Positions 1 through 10,970 are shown, counted from the stretch's first letter. The stretch: 34,467 nucleotides of DNA from Planctomycetota bacterium (GCA_045863855.1 BTVV01000062.1:1-34467); one strand, 5' to 3'. The notes: generated by a model not told the origin, from the sequence alone. A program made the numbers and translations.

Positions 1-221
1 CTTTTGTCGATCCCAGCCACGCCATCGGGCGGCGGCATTTTGTCGAGCCCATGGCCAAGGCGGCTCTGGCCTGCGGGGCCGACGGATTGATGATCGAAGT
101 CACGCCAGACCCCGATCATGCTTTGTCCGATGGCGCTCAAACCTTGGACTTCAAGGGATTTGAGCAGTTAATCGAGTCGTTGCGCCCCCTCGCTAAAGTC
201 TTAGGCAGAACCCTTAATTGA
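1..221 (+). CDS. aroF: 3-deoxy-7-phosphoheptulonate (DAHP) synthase, class I-beta, C-terminal part (5'-truncated by the window)
   Basis: Not in the ORF track. Manual translation from nt 3 gives [72 protein letters not shown], with the [13 protein letters not shown] and ALSDGxQ motifs. TGA at 219-221. Confidence 0.88.
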   Translation, partial: FVDPSHAIGRRHFVEPMAKAALACGADGLMIEVTPDPDHALSDGAQTLDFKGFEQLIESLRPLAKVLGRTLN

Positions 222-347
222 CCTTAAGCGGACAAGAAACTCAGACTTCGTTCGTTATCGTGAAAGAATCGGTCACCGATCGGAAATAGCGGTCTGAAAA
301 TGAGTGGCCTAATACACTTGCAGGATATTTGAGGGGAGACTGGGCCG

Positions 348-1289
348 ATGGCCGCCATCAGCGCTGAAACCGTGGATCATGTACTGTGGGTGACGGGCAC
401 CGTGGACCGTTCCAGCCAGCAGGAACTGGGTGGCGTGCTCGATGAATACCTGAAAGGCTTATCGGGTAATCAGCCCGTTATCGATCTGTCCAATGTGAAA
501 TACTTTTCGAGTTCCGCGGCCAAGTCACTCCTGGTAAGTGCCCAGGATATCAAGTCGAAGGGCCGCAAACTGAAGATTCGGTCCTCCCTGGCCGTGGCGC
601 AGACGCTGAACATGCTGGGTGCGCAGAGCTGGGTGGAGATCGAAGCCTGCCCCAAACCCAACCCCGTGCCGGCGGCCATGCAAGATGCCAAAGCGTCGTC
701 AAAGTCGATGGAGCCGGCGTCTAGTTCCGCGGGAACTTCGCGCACCGTTACGCCTCTGCCCGGATCGCTAAAGGGACTCACCGGCCAGCAATTGGACGAC
801 TCGATCAGCGTACGTAAAGGCGATTCCGCGCAAACGCTCACAGCCGCCGAAAGCAAGGAGGCCAGCGAAGGCTACCGGCCGAAGGTGCACATCAAGCCGG
901 TCGAACAGGTGACCCGCGTACCCGTGGCGGCCCCTGCGTCCGCCAGCGGCAGTTCACCGCGTCTGCCCGCGATCGGCGGCGGCGGAGATACCACCGCCGC
1001 CGGAGCGGCTCTGCGCGCAGCCAAGGAAAAGGAAGAAGAGGAACTCCATCAGCTCGCCTACGAACGCGCCGGACAGCCGCTCGCGCGCATCGACGAAGAG
1101 TTGCCCGAAAAGCTCCTGATCCTGCGCAAACTCCTGATCCTCAATACCTACACGTTCACGTTTACGGGCGGAAACCAGCTCACCGGCAAACTCCTCACCC
1201 GGCTAGGCGGTTCGTGGATCTTGATCGAACAGCACAGTTCACGGCGCTGGATCAACCTGGAGCAGGTCTGCAGCATCGACGTGCTGTAA
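348..1289 (+). CDS. STAS (anti-sigma-factor antagonist) domain protein with a low-complexity linker and a C-terminal Sm/Hfq-like beta domain
   Basis: N-terminal VTGTVD...VIDLSNVKYFSSSAA...GRKLKI...TLNMLG fits the STAS pattern. Ala/Ser/Pro-rich middle region. Purine-rich RBS (GAGGGGAG) upstream. Confidence 0.72.
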   Translation: MAAISAETVDHVLWVTGTVDRSSQQELGGVLDEYLKGLSGNQPVIDLSNVKYFSSSAAKSLLVSAQDIKSKGRKLKIRSSLAVAQTLNMLGAQSWVEIEACPKPNPVPAAMQDAKASSKSMEPASSSAGTSRTVTPLPGSLKGLTGQQLDDSISVRKGDSAQTLTAAESKEASEGYRPKVHIKPVEQVTRVPVAAPASASGSSPRLPAIGGGGDTTAAGAALRAAKEKEEEELHQLAYERAGQPLARIDEELPEKLLILRKLLILNTYTFTFTGGNQLTGKLLTRLGGSWILIEQHSSRRWINLEQVCSIDVL

Positions 1290-1296
1290 AAGCTCG

Positions 1297-2742
1297 CTAT
1301 TCCAGACCCACATTCGCCGCCGAGAGCCGCTCCAGCGTGGCGGTCTCGGCCACTTTCCCGCGCAGAAAATCCAGCATGCCGCGGTGCAGGCGCACGGCTT
1401 CGCTGCGGTGCTCGCGCAGCACGTCGCGAGCTTGTAAAGGATCGGCGGCGGTGTCGTACAACTTCGCCGGCGCGGGCTTGGGCGGCTCGGACAGATGCAG
1501 CGTCCATCGCCCGTCGGTGACCGTCGGGCGGCGGCAATAGGTGGTGCCGTCAGCGCTCGAAATCCGGCCCGTTCCCGCCGTGACCGAAATCGCACGCGGC
1601 GGCGCATCGGTCTGGCCCTTTAAGAGCGGAACGAGACTGCACCCTTCCAGTTCCACGCTCGAAGGCGGTTTGAGGCCGCACAGGTCCAGCACGGTGGGCA
1701 ACAAATCCGGAGCCTGGATCGGTTGCGCGAAGCGCGCACCCGGTCGCGCGGCTTTGCATCCCAGACGCTCCGGCAGGTGCATCGTCCAGCACAGCCGCCC
1801 GATCTCCGGATGAAACGCCAGGTGATCCAACTCGTCGGGCTGGATAATCGTCTTGCCCGTTACGCCGCGCTCACCGAGGCTCATGCCGTGGTCGGACATG
1901 AAAACCACGATCGTGTTCTCGAAAAGCCCCGTGTCCTCGATCGTGCGCAGGATGCGCCCAAACTGCTTCGAAACCAGCGTGCAGGTGGCCGCGTAGCGCG
2001 CTTGCATGTTCTTCAATTCGTGCGCTTGGTAGTGGCTCGCCTTCGAGTAATTGGGATGGCACATCGGTTCGCCGAAGTAATCCGGATCGTACGCGCGCCA
2101 AAGGTGCTCCGGCGGGAACCAGGGCTCGTGCGGGTCGAAGCTGTCCACCCAGAGGAAGAACGGCCCGGCCTTCCAGTTGTCCTCGATGAAGCGGCAGGCG
2201 CGCGTCGCCAGTTCCGACGAATGATGCTCGTCTTCGTAACGGACGCGGTGGCCCACGTGAGCGGCAATGTCGCACAACGCCGGCTTGTCGTCCGTCCGTC
2301 CGAATTCCATACGCGTCTTGCGTCGGTTGGCGTGCAGCTTGCGCACGGGATCGTTGCCGCGTGCGAACGGCGCATCGCCTTCCAGACCGCGCGAAAAATC
2401 GAAATGATGGAACGGCTTCCAGAAATCGTTGCGCAGCAGGTGCGTTGTGCTGGCCAGGAGTTGCGTGGTGTATCCGCCCAGCGCGAGCGCTTTGGGTAAC
2501 GTGAAGGCCTGCGGGTCCAGCGGCTTCCAGCCGTGCCGCGGATGCCCGAAGCGACCCGTGAACCAATCGGTGCGCATGGGAATCGTCGGGAAGCTCGAAA
2601 CCAGCGCCCGATCGAAGGTCGCACCGCACCGCACGAAGGCGTCCAGCTCCGGTGTGCGGCAATACGGATGCCCGTTGATCCCCAAATGGTCCGGCCGGAA
2701 CGTATCGGCCACCAGGACGATGACATTCGGTTGGTCGCTCAT
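1297..2742 (-). CDS. Sulfatase-like hydrolase (alkaline phosphatase superfamily) with Thr at the nucleophile position
   Basis: PNVIVLVADTFRPDHLG, TPELD, SFPTIPMR...TG, FDPHEPW, SDHG, DLLPTVLDL and LYD..DP motifs. 4-bp ATGA overlap with the upstream LacI gene. Confidence 0.88.
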   Translation of the reverse strand: MSDQPNVIVLVADTFRPDHLGINGHPYCRTPELDAFVRCGATFDRALVSSFPTIPMRTDWFTGRFGHPRHGWKPLDPQAFTLPKALALGGYTTQLLASTTHLLRNDFWKPFHHFDFSRGLEGDAPFARGNDPVRKLHANRRKTRMEFGRTDDKPALCDIAAHVGHRVRYEDEHHSSELATRACRFIEDNWKAGPFFLWVDSFDPHEPWFPPEHLWRAYDPDYFGEPMCHPNYSKASHYQAHELKNMQARYAATCTLVSKQFGRILRTIEDTGLFENTIVVFMSDHGMSLGERGVTGKTIIQPDELDHLAFHPEIGRLCWTMHLPERLGCKAARPGARFAQPIQAPDLLPTVLDLCGLKPPSSVELEGCSLVPLLKGQTDAPPRAISVTAGTGRISSADGTTYCRRPTVTDGRWTLHLSEPPKPAPAKLYDTAADPLQARDVLREHRSEAVRLHRGMLDFLRGKVAETATLERLSAANVGLE

Positions 2743-3779
2743 GCTTTACCCCTCCCCCCGGGCGCAAGCGCGCGCACCGATTCGCGTTCCAGCAGTTCGT
2801 TGGTCAAAGTCTCGCTTGCCCGTCGCCGCGGCCGGCCTTCCCGGGCCAGCAGGTCGGCGGTCAGCTCCGCCGCGCGCGCACCCAACTCCTCGATCGGCTG
2901 CCGCACCGTCGTCAGCGGCGGGTTCGTATACGCCGAGATGCCCGGGCCTTCGAAGCCGACCACCGAGAGGTCGTCCGGCACGCGTACGTTTAGCAGATGC
3001 AACGCGCGCAGCGCCGGCAGCGTGAGCTGCTGGCGGCCCAGGATCATGGCCGTCGCGCCGCGATGCTTGACCCGCGACAAGGCCTCGACGAGCGGCAGAT
3101 CTTCAGCATCGAAGCACAAAGCTTCCGGCTGCGCGATCCCCGCCTTGCGCAGAGCCTCCAGCGCCCCGTCGCGGCGCGTATCCAGCGCCGCCGAACGCAC
3201 CCCCGGCGCGACATAGGCGACCTTGCGGTGCCCGCGTCCCAACAGGTATTCCGCCGCCAGCCGCCCCCCCTGCGCATGGTCGCTCGCCACCGTATGCGTC
3301 GGCGCGCCCAAGTCGTGATTCACCACCACCACCGGCAGCCGCGCGGCCAGTTCGCGCACGCCCCGCCCCCCGGGATACGGCAGGTTCCACGCCGCCGCGT
3401 TCTGCGGCCCGCCTAAAACCACCAGCGCGTCGAAGAATCCTTCCTCCACCGCCGCCGTCAGATCGGCCGACGAACTCGCCAACTGCACGATCGTGCGCAA
3501 GCGGCGCTCGTGCAGCCCCTCCAGCAACGCACCCACCACCTGAGCCAGATACGGGTCGCGCCCCAGGTGCGTCCGAGCCCCCAGAACCACCGCCACTTTG
3601 TTCCGCTTGTTGGGCACCACGCGCGGGTAATAGCCCAAACCTTGCGCCACCTCGAGCACCCGCCGGCGCGTCTCGCTCGCCAGCTTCGAGGACTCGTGAA
3701 ACGCCCGGCTCACGGTCGCCACCGAGACCCCGGCCGATTGGGCGACGGCTTCAATCGAAGGACCCGGCGTGCGGCGCAT
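2739..3779 (-). CDS. LacI-family transcriptional regulator
   Basis: HTH SIEAVAQSAGVSVATVSRAF. Ligand-binding domain motifs EYLLGRGHRKVAY, VPDDLSVVGF and PPLTTVRQP. RBS GAAAGGA upstream. Confidence 0.95.
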   Translation of the reverse strand: MRRTPGPSIEAVAQSAGVSVATVSRAFHESSKLASETRRRVLEVAQGLGYYPRVVPNKRNKVAVVLGARTHLGRDPYLAQVVGALLEGLHERRLRTIVQLASSSADLTAAVEEGFFDALVVLGGPQNAAAWNLPYPGGRGVRELAARLPVVVVNHDLGAPTHTVASDHAQGGRLAAEYLLGRGHRKVAYVAPGVRSAALDTRRDGALEALRKAGIAQPEALCFDAEDLPLVEALSRVKHRGATAMILGRQQLTLPALRALHLLNVRVPDDLSVVGFEGPGISAYTNPPLTTVRQPIEELGARAAELTADLLAREGRPRRRASETLTNELLERESVRALAPGGRGKA

Positions 3780-3797
3780 CTGTAATCCTTTCAGCCA

Positions 3798-3816
3798 TAA
3801 TGTAAAATTTACATTA
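3798..3816. promoter_or_regulatory. Palindromic operator, probable LacI-family autoregulatory site
   Basis: TAATGTAAA-A-TTTACATTA is a perfect 9-bp inverted repeat with a 1-bp spacer. It is AT-rich in a GC-rich context, ends 18 bp upstream of the LacI start codon and overlaps the predicted -10 box. Confidence 0.65.
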
Positions 3817-3840
3817 CCTCGCGCCGAGCGGCTTTGTCAA
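3811..3840 (-). promoter_or_regulatory. Putative sigma70 promoter for the lacI-sulfatase operon
   Basis: Minus strand TTGACA (3840-3835), 18-bp spacer, TAATGT (3816-3811). Confidence 0.5.
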
Positions 3841-3935
3841 ACCGGGCACACGGTGCATTGCCCACGAACTCAACCCGGATACGATGTACTTTGGTATCGA
3901 TTCGACGATTGCCGCGCGCATTAAAGGAGCCCGAC

Positions 3936-5159
3936 ATGCCCGACCCCACCCGCCTCTGGCCCGATGCCATTCAGGCCGAATTGCCCAAGCTTGTGGAGAT
4001 CCGGCGCCACTTGCATGCGCACCCCGAACTGGCATTCCAGGAGTTCGAGACCAGCAAGCTGGTGCTGCGCGAGTTGCAGAACCTGGGCCTCGAGATCCGT
4101 TCGGGCATGGCCAAGGGCACCGGCATCGTGGCGGTCTTGCGCGGCAAAGGCCCCGGCGCGAACAGCCGCGAAGCCAAGGCCGTGGCGCTGCGCGGCGACA
4201 TGGACGCGCTGCCGATCATGGAAGAAACCGGCCTCAACTACGCGTCCACCGTACCCGGGCGCATGCACGCCTGCGGCCACGACGGGCATACCACGATGCT
4301 GCTGGGCGCGGCGAAGGTCCTCTCGCGCCATCCCGAACGCCTCAACGGTTCGGTGGTCTTCTGCTTCCAGCCTGCCGAAGAAGGCGGCGGCGGCGGGCGC
4401 TACCTCGTCGAAGAAGGCGCGCTCGACAACCCGGCCTGTTCGGCCGCGTTCGCGCTGCACGGCTTCCCCAGCATGCCCGTGGGGCATGTCGCGGTCCGCC
4501 CCGGCCCCGCGCAGGCGGCCAGCGATGGCCTGCATATCGTCGTGCACGGCGTCGGCGGACACGGCGCCGCGCCGCATCTCACGGTGGACCCCATCGTGCT
4601 GTCCGCGCGCGTGATCGAAGCCCTGCAGGGGGTCGTCAGCCGCGAAGTCAACCCCGTCGAATCCGCCGTCGTGACCATCGGCGCGATCCACGGCGGCGAA
4701 GCCAGCAACGTGATCCCGCAGTCCGTCGAACTTCGCGGCACGATCCGCACCCTCAAGGACGATATTCGCCGCAAAGTTCACGAAGCGGTCAAGCGCACCG
4801 TCGAACACACCTGCCTCGCCGGCGGCGGTCGCGCCGACGTGACGATTCGCGACGGCTACCCGGTGGTGGTGAACGATCTGGCCGCTTCCGCATTCGCGCT
4901 CGATACCGCCCGCGGCGCCTTCGGAGCCGAACGCGTTCATGAATTGCCGCTGCCGAGCATGGGAGGCGAGGACTTCGCGTACTTCCTGCGCAAGGTTCCC
5001 GGCGCGTTCATCCGCGTCGGCGTGGCCACGCGCCAACCCTACCCCGGCCTGCACCACCCGGCCTTCGACTTCTCCGACGGCGCGATCCCGGTCGGCGTCG
5101 AACTCTTCTGCCGCCTCGCCGAACGCTATCTCGCCGAAGGCTTCGGCGCGGCGGACTAG
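3936..5159 (+). CDS. M20D family amidohydrolase (HipO/AbgB/IAA-amino acid hydrolase-like)
   Basis: RRHLHAHPELAFQE, LRGDMDALP, MHACGHDGH, FQPAEEG, GGHGAAPH, GGEDF and LHHP motifs. Start moved to ATG 3936, which follows the RBS AAGGAG. Confidence 0.95.
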   Translation: MPDPTRLWPDAIQAELPKLVEIRRHLHAHPELAFQEFETSKLVLRELQNLGLEIRSGMAKGTGIVAVLRGKGPGANSREAKAVALRGDMDALPIMEETGLNYASTVPGRMHACGHDGHTTMLLGAAKVLSRHPERLNGSVVFCFQPAEEGGGGGRYLVEEGALDNPACSAAFALHGFPSMPVGHVAVRPGPAQAASDGLHIVVHGVGGHGAAPHLTVDPIVLSARVIEALQGVVSREVNPVESAVVTIGAIHGGEASNVIPQSVELRGTIRTLKDDIRRKVHEAVKRTVEHTCLAGGGRADVTIRDGYPVVVNDLAASAFALDTARGAFGAERVHELPLPSMGGEDFAYFLRKVPGAFIRVGVATRQPYPGLHHPAFDFSDGAIPVGVELFCRLAERYLAEGFGAAD

Positions 5160-5854
5160 AAATTAAGGAAGACGCGGCTTTCCGGAAGCCCTCGCGCCGC
5201 CAGAATCCGCTTGGCGTCGAGCACCATATCCTTCATCCCGCACGCGAAGACGCAGCCATCGGCCGGCAACGGCGCGGACTGCTCCAGCAGCGACTGCACG
5301 CGGCCGCACGGACCGGTCCACGATCCCGCGGCGGGTCGGCTGCACGTGGCCTCGAACGCGACGCCCTGCTGGAACCAGGTCTCCGCTTCGGCGCGCAACG
5401 GCAGGTGCTCCGCGCTCCGAGCGCCGTACACGAAGCGCACGAACCTCGGCTTGAGCGCGCCATCGATCACCGCGTGAACCACCGCGCGCAACGGAGCCAA
5501 GCCCGAACCGACACCCAGCAGCAACAGCTCGCGACCGGCGGCTTCGTGGAGCGGAAAGCCTTTGCCGGCGGGCGCCGAAATCCGCAGCGCCTCCCCGGCG
5601 CGCTTGGCCGCCAGCGCATCGGCCAACGGCGCGCCGCGTTTGATCAGAAACTCGAAGCGCCCCCGAGCGGGACCGTTGGCCAGCGCGAAGAATCCGGGCT
5701 TCCCCTCTCCTTCCTGAATCTGCACGTACTGCCCCGGCGTGGTGTACGCCGCACGCAATTCGGCCGGCAGATCGTGCAGGACGATATGGACCAGATCCGG
5801 CGTCTCGTCGCGCCGTTCGGCAATGGGCACGGCGTGAAATGCGGGAGCGTTCAT
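5156..5854 (-). CDS. FAD/NAD(P)-binding oxidoreductase, ferredoxin-NADP reductase (FNR)-like
   Basis: PGQYV, APAGKGF, GVGSGLAPLRA, YGARS, GRVQ, FACGMKDMV and a C-terminal NF. Start at ATG 5854 after the RBS AGGAG. Confidence 0.88.
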   Translation of the reverse strand: MNAPAFHAVPIAERRDETPDLVHIVLHDLPAELRAAYTTPGQYVQIQEGEGKPGFFALANGPARGRFEFLIKRGAPLADALAAKRAGEALRISAPAGKGFPLHEAAGRELLLLGVGSGLAPLRAVVHAVIDGALKPRFVRFVYGARSAEHLPLRAEAETWFQQGVAFEATCSRPAAGSWTGPCGRVQSLLEQSAPLPADGCVFACGMKDMVLDAKRILAARGLPESRVFLNF

Positions 5855-6045
5855 CTCGGCAATCTCCTGTTGGGAAGCGCGGCGCCAGCATAACCCAGGC
5901 TTCCCGCCTGCGGAGCGCACATTCGCTCCGGCGTCCTCCGCGGGCCGTTCGTGACTTCGGCGTATGGTCCGAAACCTCGGTTTCTCGCGGGCGCAATCCG
6001 GCCGATAAAGTTAAACTTGGCTGGACAGGCATCAGGAGACGCTTC

Positions 6046-7359
6046 TTGGAACCCCGACCGTCCAGCCGTTCGTCCCGCCGCGCTTCGCCAGTTCGAGCGT
6101 CGAAAAATCTGCGCCACGAGGACCGCGCCTCCGCGCGCGGGCGCGTATGGGTCTCCGCGCACGACCGCCTCGTTGCGGCGGGGGAACTCGTCGACTTAAG
6201 CGAGACGGGGCTGCGCTACATCCACGATCCGGCGACGACGGGCGCCGACGGCTTTCCGGTGGGCGTCCCGCAAGCCGGCCAGCCGATTCTGATCGCCGTG
6301 ACCATGCGCACCTCCGAACAACCCAAGGCGGTCAGCGCCACGGTCGTACGCGTCGAGCCGCTCCGCGACGGGCGCATCGAGGTCGCCTGCCACTTCGAAG
6401 CCAAGGACGCGCAGGAACAGAAGCTGCTCCACAAGAAGTACGTCGAAGCGAATCTGCAGCGCGCGCGCCAGAGCCTCACCGAATTGCGCGCACGGCTCCT
6501 CAACGACGCCACGCCTGTGCGCCGGCAGCGCCAGCCGTTGGGCCGCGTGCTGCTCAAACACAAGGCGCTCGAAAAAGCCGACCTGGACGAATTTCTTTCG
6601 GCCAACCGCAGCGGCGTGCGTCTGGGTTTGGGCTTGGTCAAAGCGGGGCTCGTCTCCAGCCGCCAGCTCGCCGAGGCCCTCGCCGAGCACCTGGGTCTGC
6701 CCTTCGTCGACTTGAACCTCAGCGGCGTGAACGCCGAAGCGCTGAAGCTCCTGCCCAAAAGCGACTGTGCCAAGCGCGGATTGGTGCCCTTCGACGTCAG
6801 CGGCCGGACACTCCGCGTAGCCGTCAATCATCCGCTGACCATGGCCGAGAAAAATCACTTGGAAGGCCTAAGCCGCTACAAGCTCAAGGTGTACCTGGCC
6901 GATCTGGCCCAGATTCAAGAAGTGTTGGAAGGCGAAGCGCCGCGGCGGAGCAAGCCGCGCGTTCCGTCTGCGGTGCTGGCGCGCTACCGCTTCTACGGCT
7001 CGGCCCTTCAACAGCTCGATCCGCGCACCTTCGAAGGCGCCGTGGCCAACGTCAGCGAGACGGGCATTCTGCTTTCCGGTCCTGCGCCCGCCGGTCTGCT
7101 CGCCGCGTACGAAGCGGGCGAGACGCCGCGCGTGTACTTAGCGGCGCAGCTTTTTCACGGGACCGACGTGGAGCCGCTGGTGCTGCGCTTCGAACCCATG
7201 CGCATCGCCCCCGTTCCGCCTTCGGAAGACGGCGCGCCGCAAGGCGGCTTCCGCGACGCGCCGCTGTGCTGGATCGGCGCGCGGATCAGCACGCTGGTGG
7301 GCGAGGACCGCAAGCATCTGGTCAAATTGTACGGTTCGCTGCGGGCGGAGGGCCGGTAG
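6046..7359 (+). CDS. PilZ - MshEN (GSPII E N-terminal) - PilZ domain protein without an ATPase domain
   Basis: RHEDR...DLSETG (first PilZ), RLGLGLVKAGLVSSRQLAEALAEHLGLPFVDL (MshEN), RSKPR...NVSETG (second PilZ). Probable TTG start at 6046 after AGGAG. Confidence 0.8.
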   Translation: MEPRPSSRSSRRASPVRASKNLRHEDRASARGRVWVSAHDRLVAAGELVDLSETGLRYIHDPATTGADGFPVGVPQAGQPILIAVTMRTSEQPKAVSATVVRVEPLRDGRIEVACHFEAKDAQEQKLLHKKYVEANLQRARQSLTELRARLLNDATPVRRQRQPLGRVLLKHKALEKADLDEFLSANRSGVRLGLGLVKAGLVSSRQLAEALAEHLGLPFVDLNLSGVNAEALKLLPKSDCAKRGLVPFDVSGRTLRVAVNHPLTMAEKNHLEGLSRYKLKVYLADLAQIQEVLEGEAPRRSKPRVPSAVLARYRFYGSALQQLDPRTFEGAVANVSETGILLSGPAPAGLLAAYEAGETPRVYLAAQLFHGTDVEPLVLRFEPMRIAPVPPSEDGAPQGGFRDAPLCWIGARISTLVGEDRKHLVKLYGSLRAEGR

Positions 7360-7443
7360 GAGGAGTTAAGCCGCCCTGATTCTTATCGCGTTCACCTGAA
7401 CTAACGTGTAACCTACTCCTCGCTTCCACACGAGGGGTTCTAG

Positions 7444-8322
7444 GTGTTTCGATTCCTCCAGCCCGGCCGTCCCATCGAGCAGTCCGACCAAGAGTGGCTC
7501 ATTCGGCGCCTCAATTGGCTGCTGGGCCGCTACGGCTCCGAGTACTTGGTGCGAACCCCACCCATCCTGCCTACGGTCGACGCACTGGGCGTGCCGTTCG
7601 ACCGCAGTCCCAAAGCAGCGCGGAGTCTGTTCTCTTGGGTGTGCCGGCACATGAAGCTGAATGAAGCGCATATCCATTTCAAACTTTTCGAAGCACAGCG
7701 CAAGCAAGCGGCTGAGTTCGACCTCTTCACGGGAAGTATAGGCTTCGCATCGAGCCACTCGGCAGGGTTGTATGAAGACAGCTACGACCAGGCCGTGCTG
7801 GTGGACAAAGAGTTGCTTAGATCGTTCGTACCGCTGATTGCCACCATCGCACACGAGTTGTCTCACGTAAAATTGCACCGCGAAACAGATATCGACCGCT
7901 CCTGGCCGGATTACGAGAAGCTCACAGACTTGGCTTCGGTCTTCTTCGGCTTCGGACTCTTTCTGATGCAGACCGCCGAACAGGACATCAACGTTGAAGG
8001 CGAGCCCAATCGTCGTATGGGGTATCTACCTACCGCGTTGGTCTGTCACACACTGGCCATTGGAGCCTTCATTCAAGGCGATACCCGAGTTCGATGGATG
8101 CGGCATATGGATTGCCGTACTCGGCGATTTTTCAAGGATTCCCACCGCTATTTGCGTTGGACGAACCCGCCCGCCGTTTCGCTCGGACCGGACGGACTCT
8201 TGGCATTGGGCTCGAGCGTGCACCCCCCGCTCGATTTGAATGCGCAGCTTCAACGCGCGATCGCTCGCGAAGACTATGGTGAAGCCGCTCGGCTGAAGAA
8301 GTTAATCGACGGGAAGAAGTGA
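7444..8322 (+). CDS. Hypothetical HExxH zinc-metallopeptidase-like protein with a C-terminal UVR (UvrB/UvrC) motif
   Basis: AGLY...TIAHELSHV...YEKLTDLASVFFGFG. C-terminus LNAQLQRAIAREDYGEAARLKKLI. GTG start. Looks less GC-rich than its neighbours. Confidence 0.7.
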   Translation: MFRFLQPGRPIEQSDQEWLIRRLNWLLGRYGSEYLVRTPPILPTVDALGVPFDRSPKAARSLFSWVCRHMKLNEAHIHFKLFEAQRKQAAEFDLFTGSIGFASSHSAGLYEDSYDQAVLVDKELLRSFVPLIATIAHELSHVKLHRETDIDRSWPDYEKLTDLASVFFGFGLFLMQTAEQDINVEGEPNRRMGYLPTALVCHTLAIGAFIQGDTRVRWMRHMDCRTRRFFKDSHRYLRWTNPPAVSLGPDGLLALGSSVHPPLDLNAQLQRAIAREDYGEAARLKKLIDGKK

Positions 8323-8331
8323 TCGCACGCC

Positions 8332-8996
8332 CTACCCCTGCCGGCGCTGGCAATCTAGGATGTAGATGCGGTGCAACTCGCTCGGCGCGTCGGGGTGATC
8401 GTCCACGCGCAGGTCGACGACCGGCAGCTGGTTCGCCTGCGTGCTCACCACCTTCACCGCCGCGGCCTGTTTGCCCCGCTTGTCGCCTCCGGCGCGGTCG
8501 GCCGCCAGAAGGCCTTCGAGCAGCCGCTCGCCCAGATGCGTGCTCCTGCTGTGCCGGAAACCGTGCTCGGCCTCGGCCAGCACCTCTTCGCCGGCCAGCG
8601 TGTTGCCGACGACAATTAAATCCGGCGTGACGATCTGCCCCGCGTAGCCCTGGCACTCCTTGCCCGTGACCGCGAAATGCCCCTGCTGCCCTTCCTGCGG
8701 CGCGGCCATCAGCACCGCGAGCTGGCGCCGGTCGGCGTCGCCGAAGAACTTCAGCGCGCGCTCCGCCGCGTCGCGCGGTTCGACGCCCGCTTCCATCTCG
8801 TCGAGAATCTCCACCGCCATGCGCGGCTCGTGATGGTGCTGCGTCGCCACCGCGCCCACGCCTGGGCGCAGGAACGGGACCACCGCGCCGACGGCCAGAT
8901 AGCGCGAGGCCGTGGCGATTCCCATCTGCCCCGTGGCCGCATCCAGCGCCACGAGCGAGAAGGTACGGCTGCATCCGGTCATTCGTTCGCTACGCA

Positions 8997-8997
<1 letters not shown>
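8332..8997 (-). CDS. DUF1028 family protein (Ntn-hydrolase-like)
   Basis: TFSLVALD...GIATASRYLAVGAVVP...GVGAVATQ, GNTLAG, AGGDKRGKQAAA and VDLRVDDH motifs. The start overlaps the speA stop (TAATG). Confidence 0.9.
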
Positions 8998-10907
<1,910 letters not shown>

Positions 10908-10937
10908 CGACGCGGACCTCCGAGCGTTTCCAAATGC

Positions 10938-10970
10938 GAACGGCGGCGCTCCGTGCGGAGCCCGCCGTTC
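10938..10970 (-). terminator. Stem-loop between eno and speA, possible terminator or mRNA stabiliser
   Basis: GAACGGCGG(C)GCTCC-GTGC-GGAGCCCGCCGTTC forms a 14-bp stem with one bulge. Only a weak U-tail (GCAUUU) follows on the minus strand. Confidence 0.5.
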
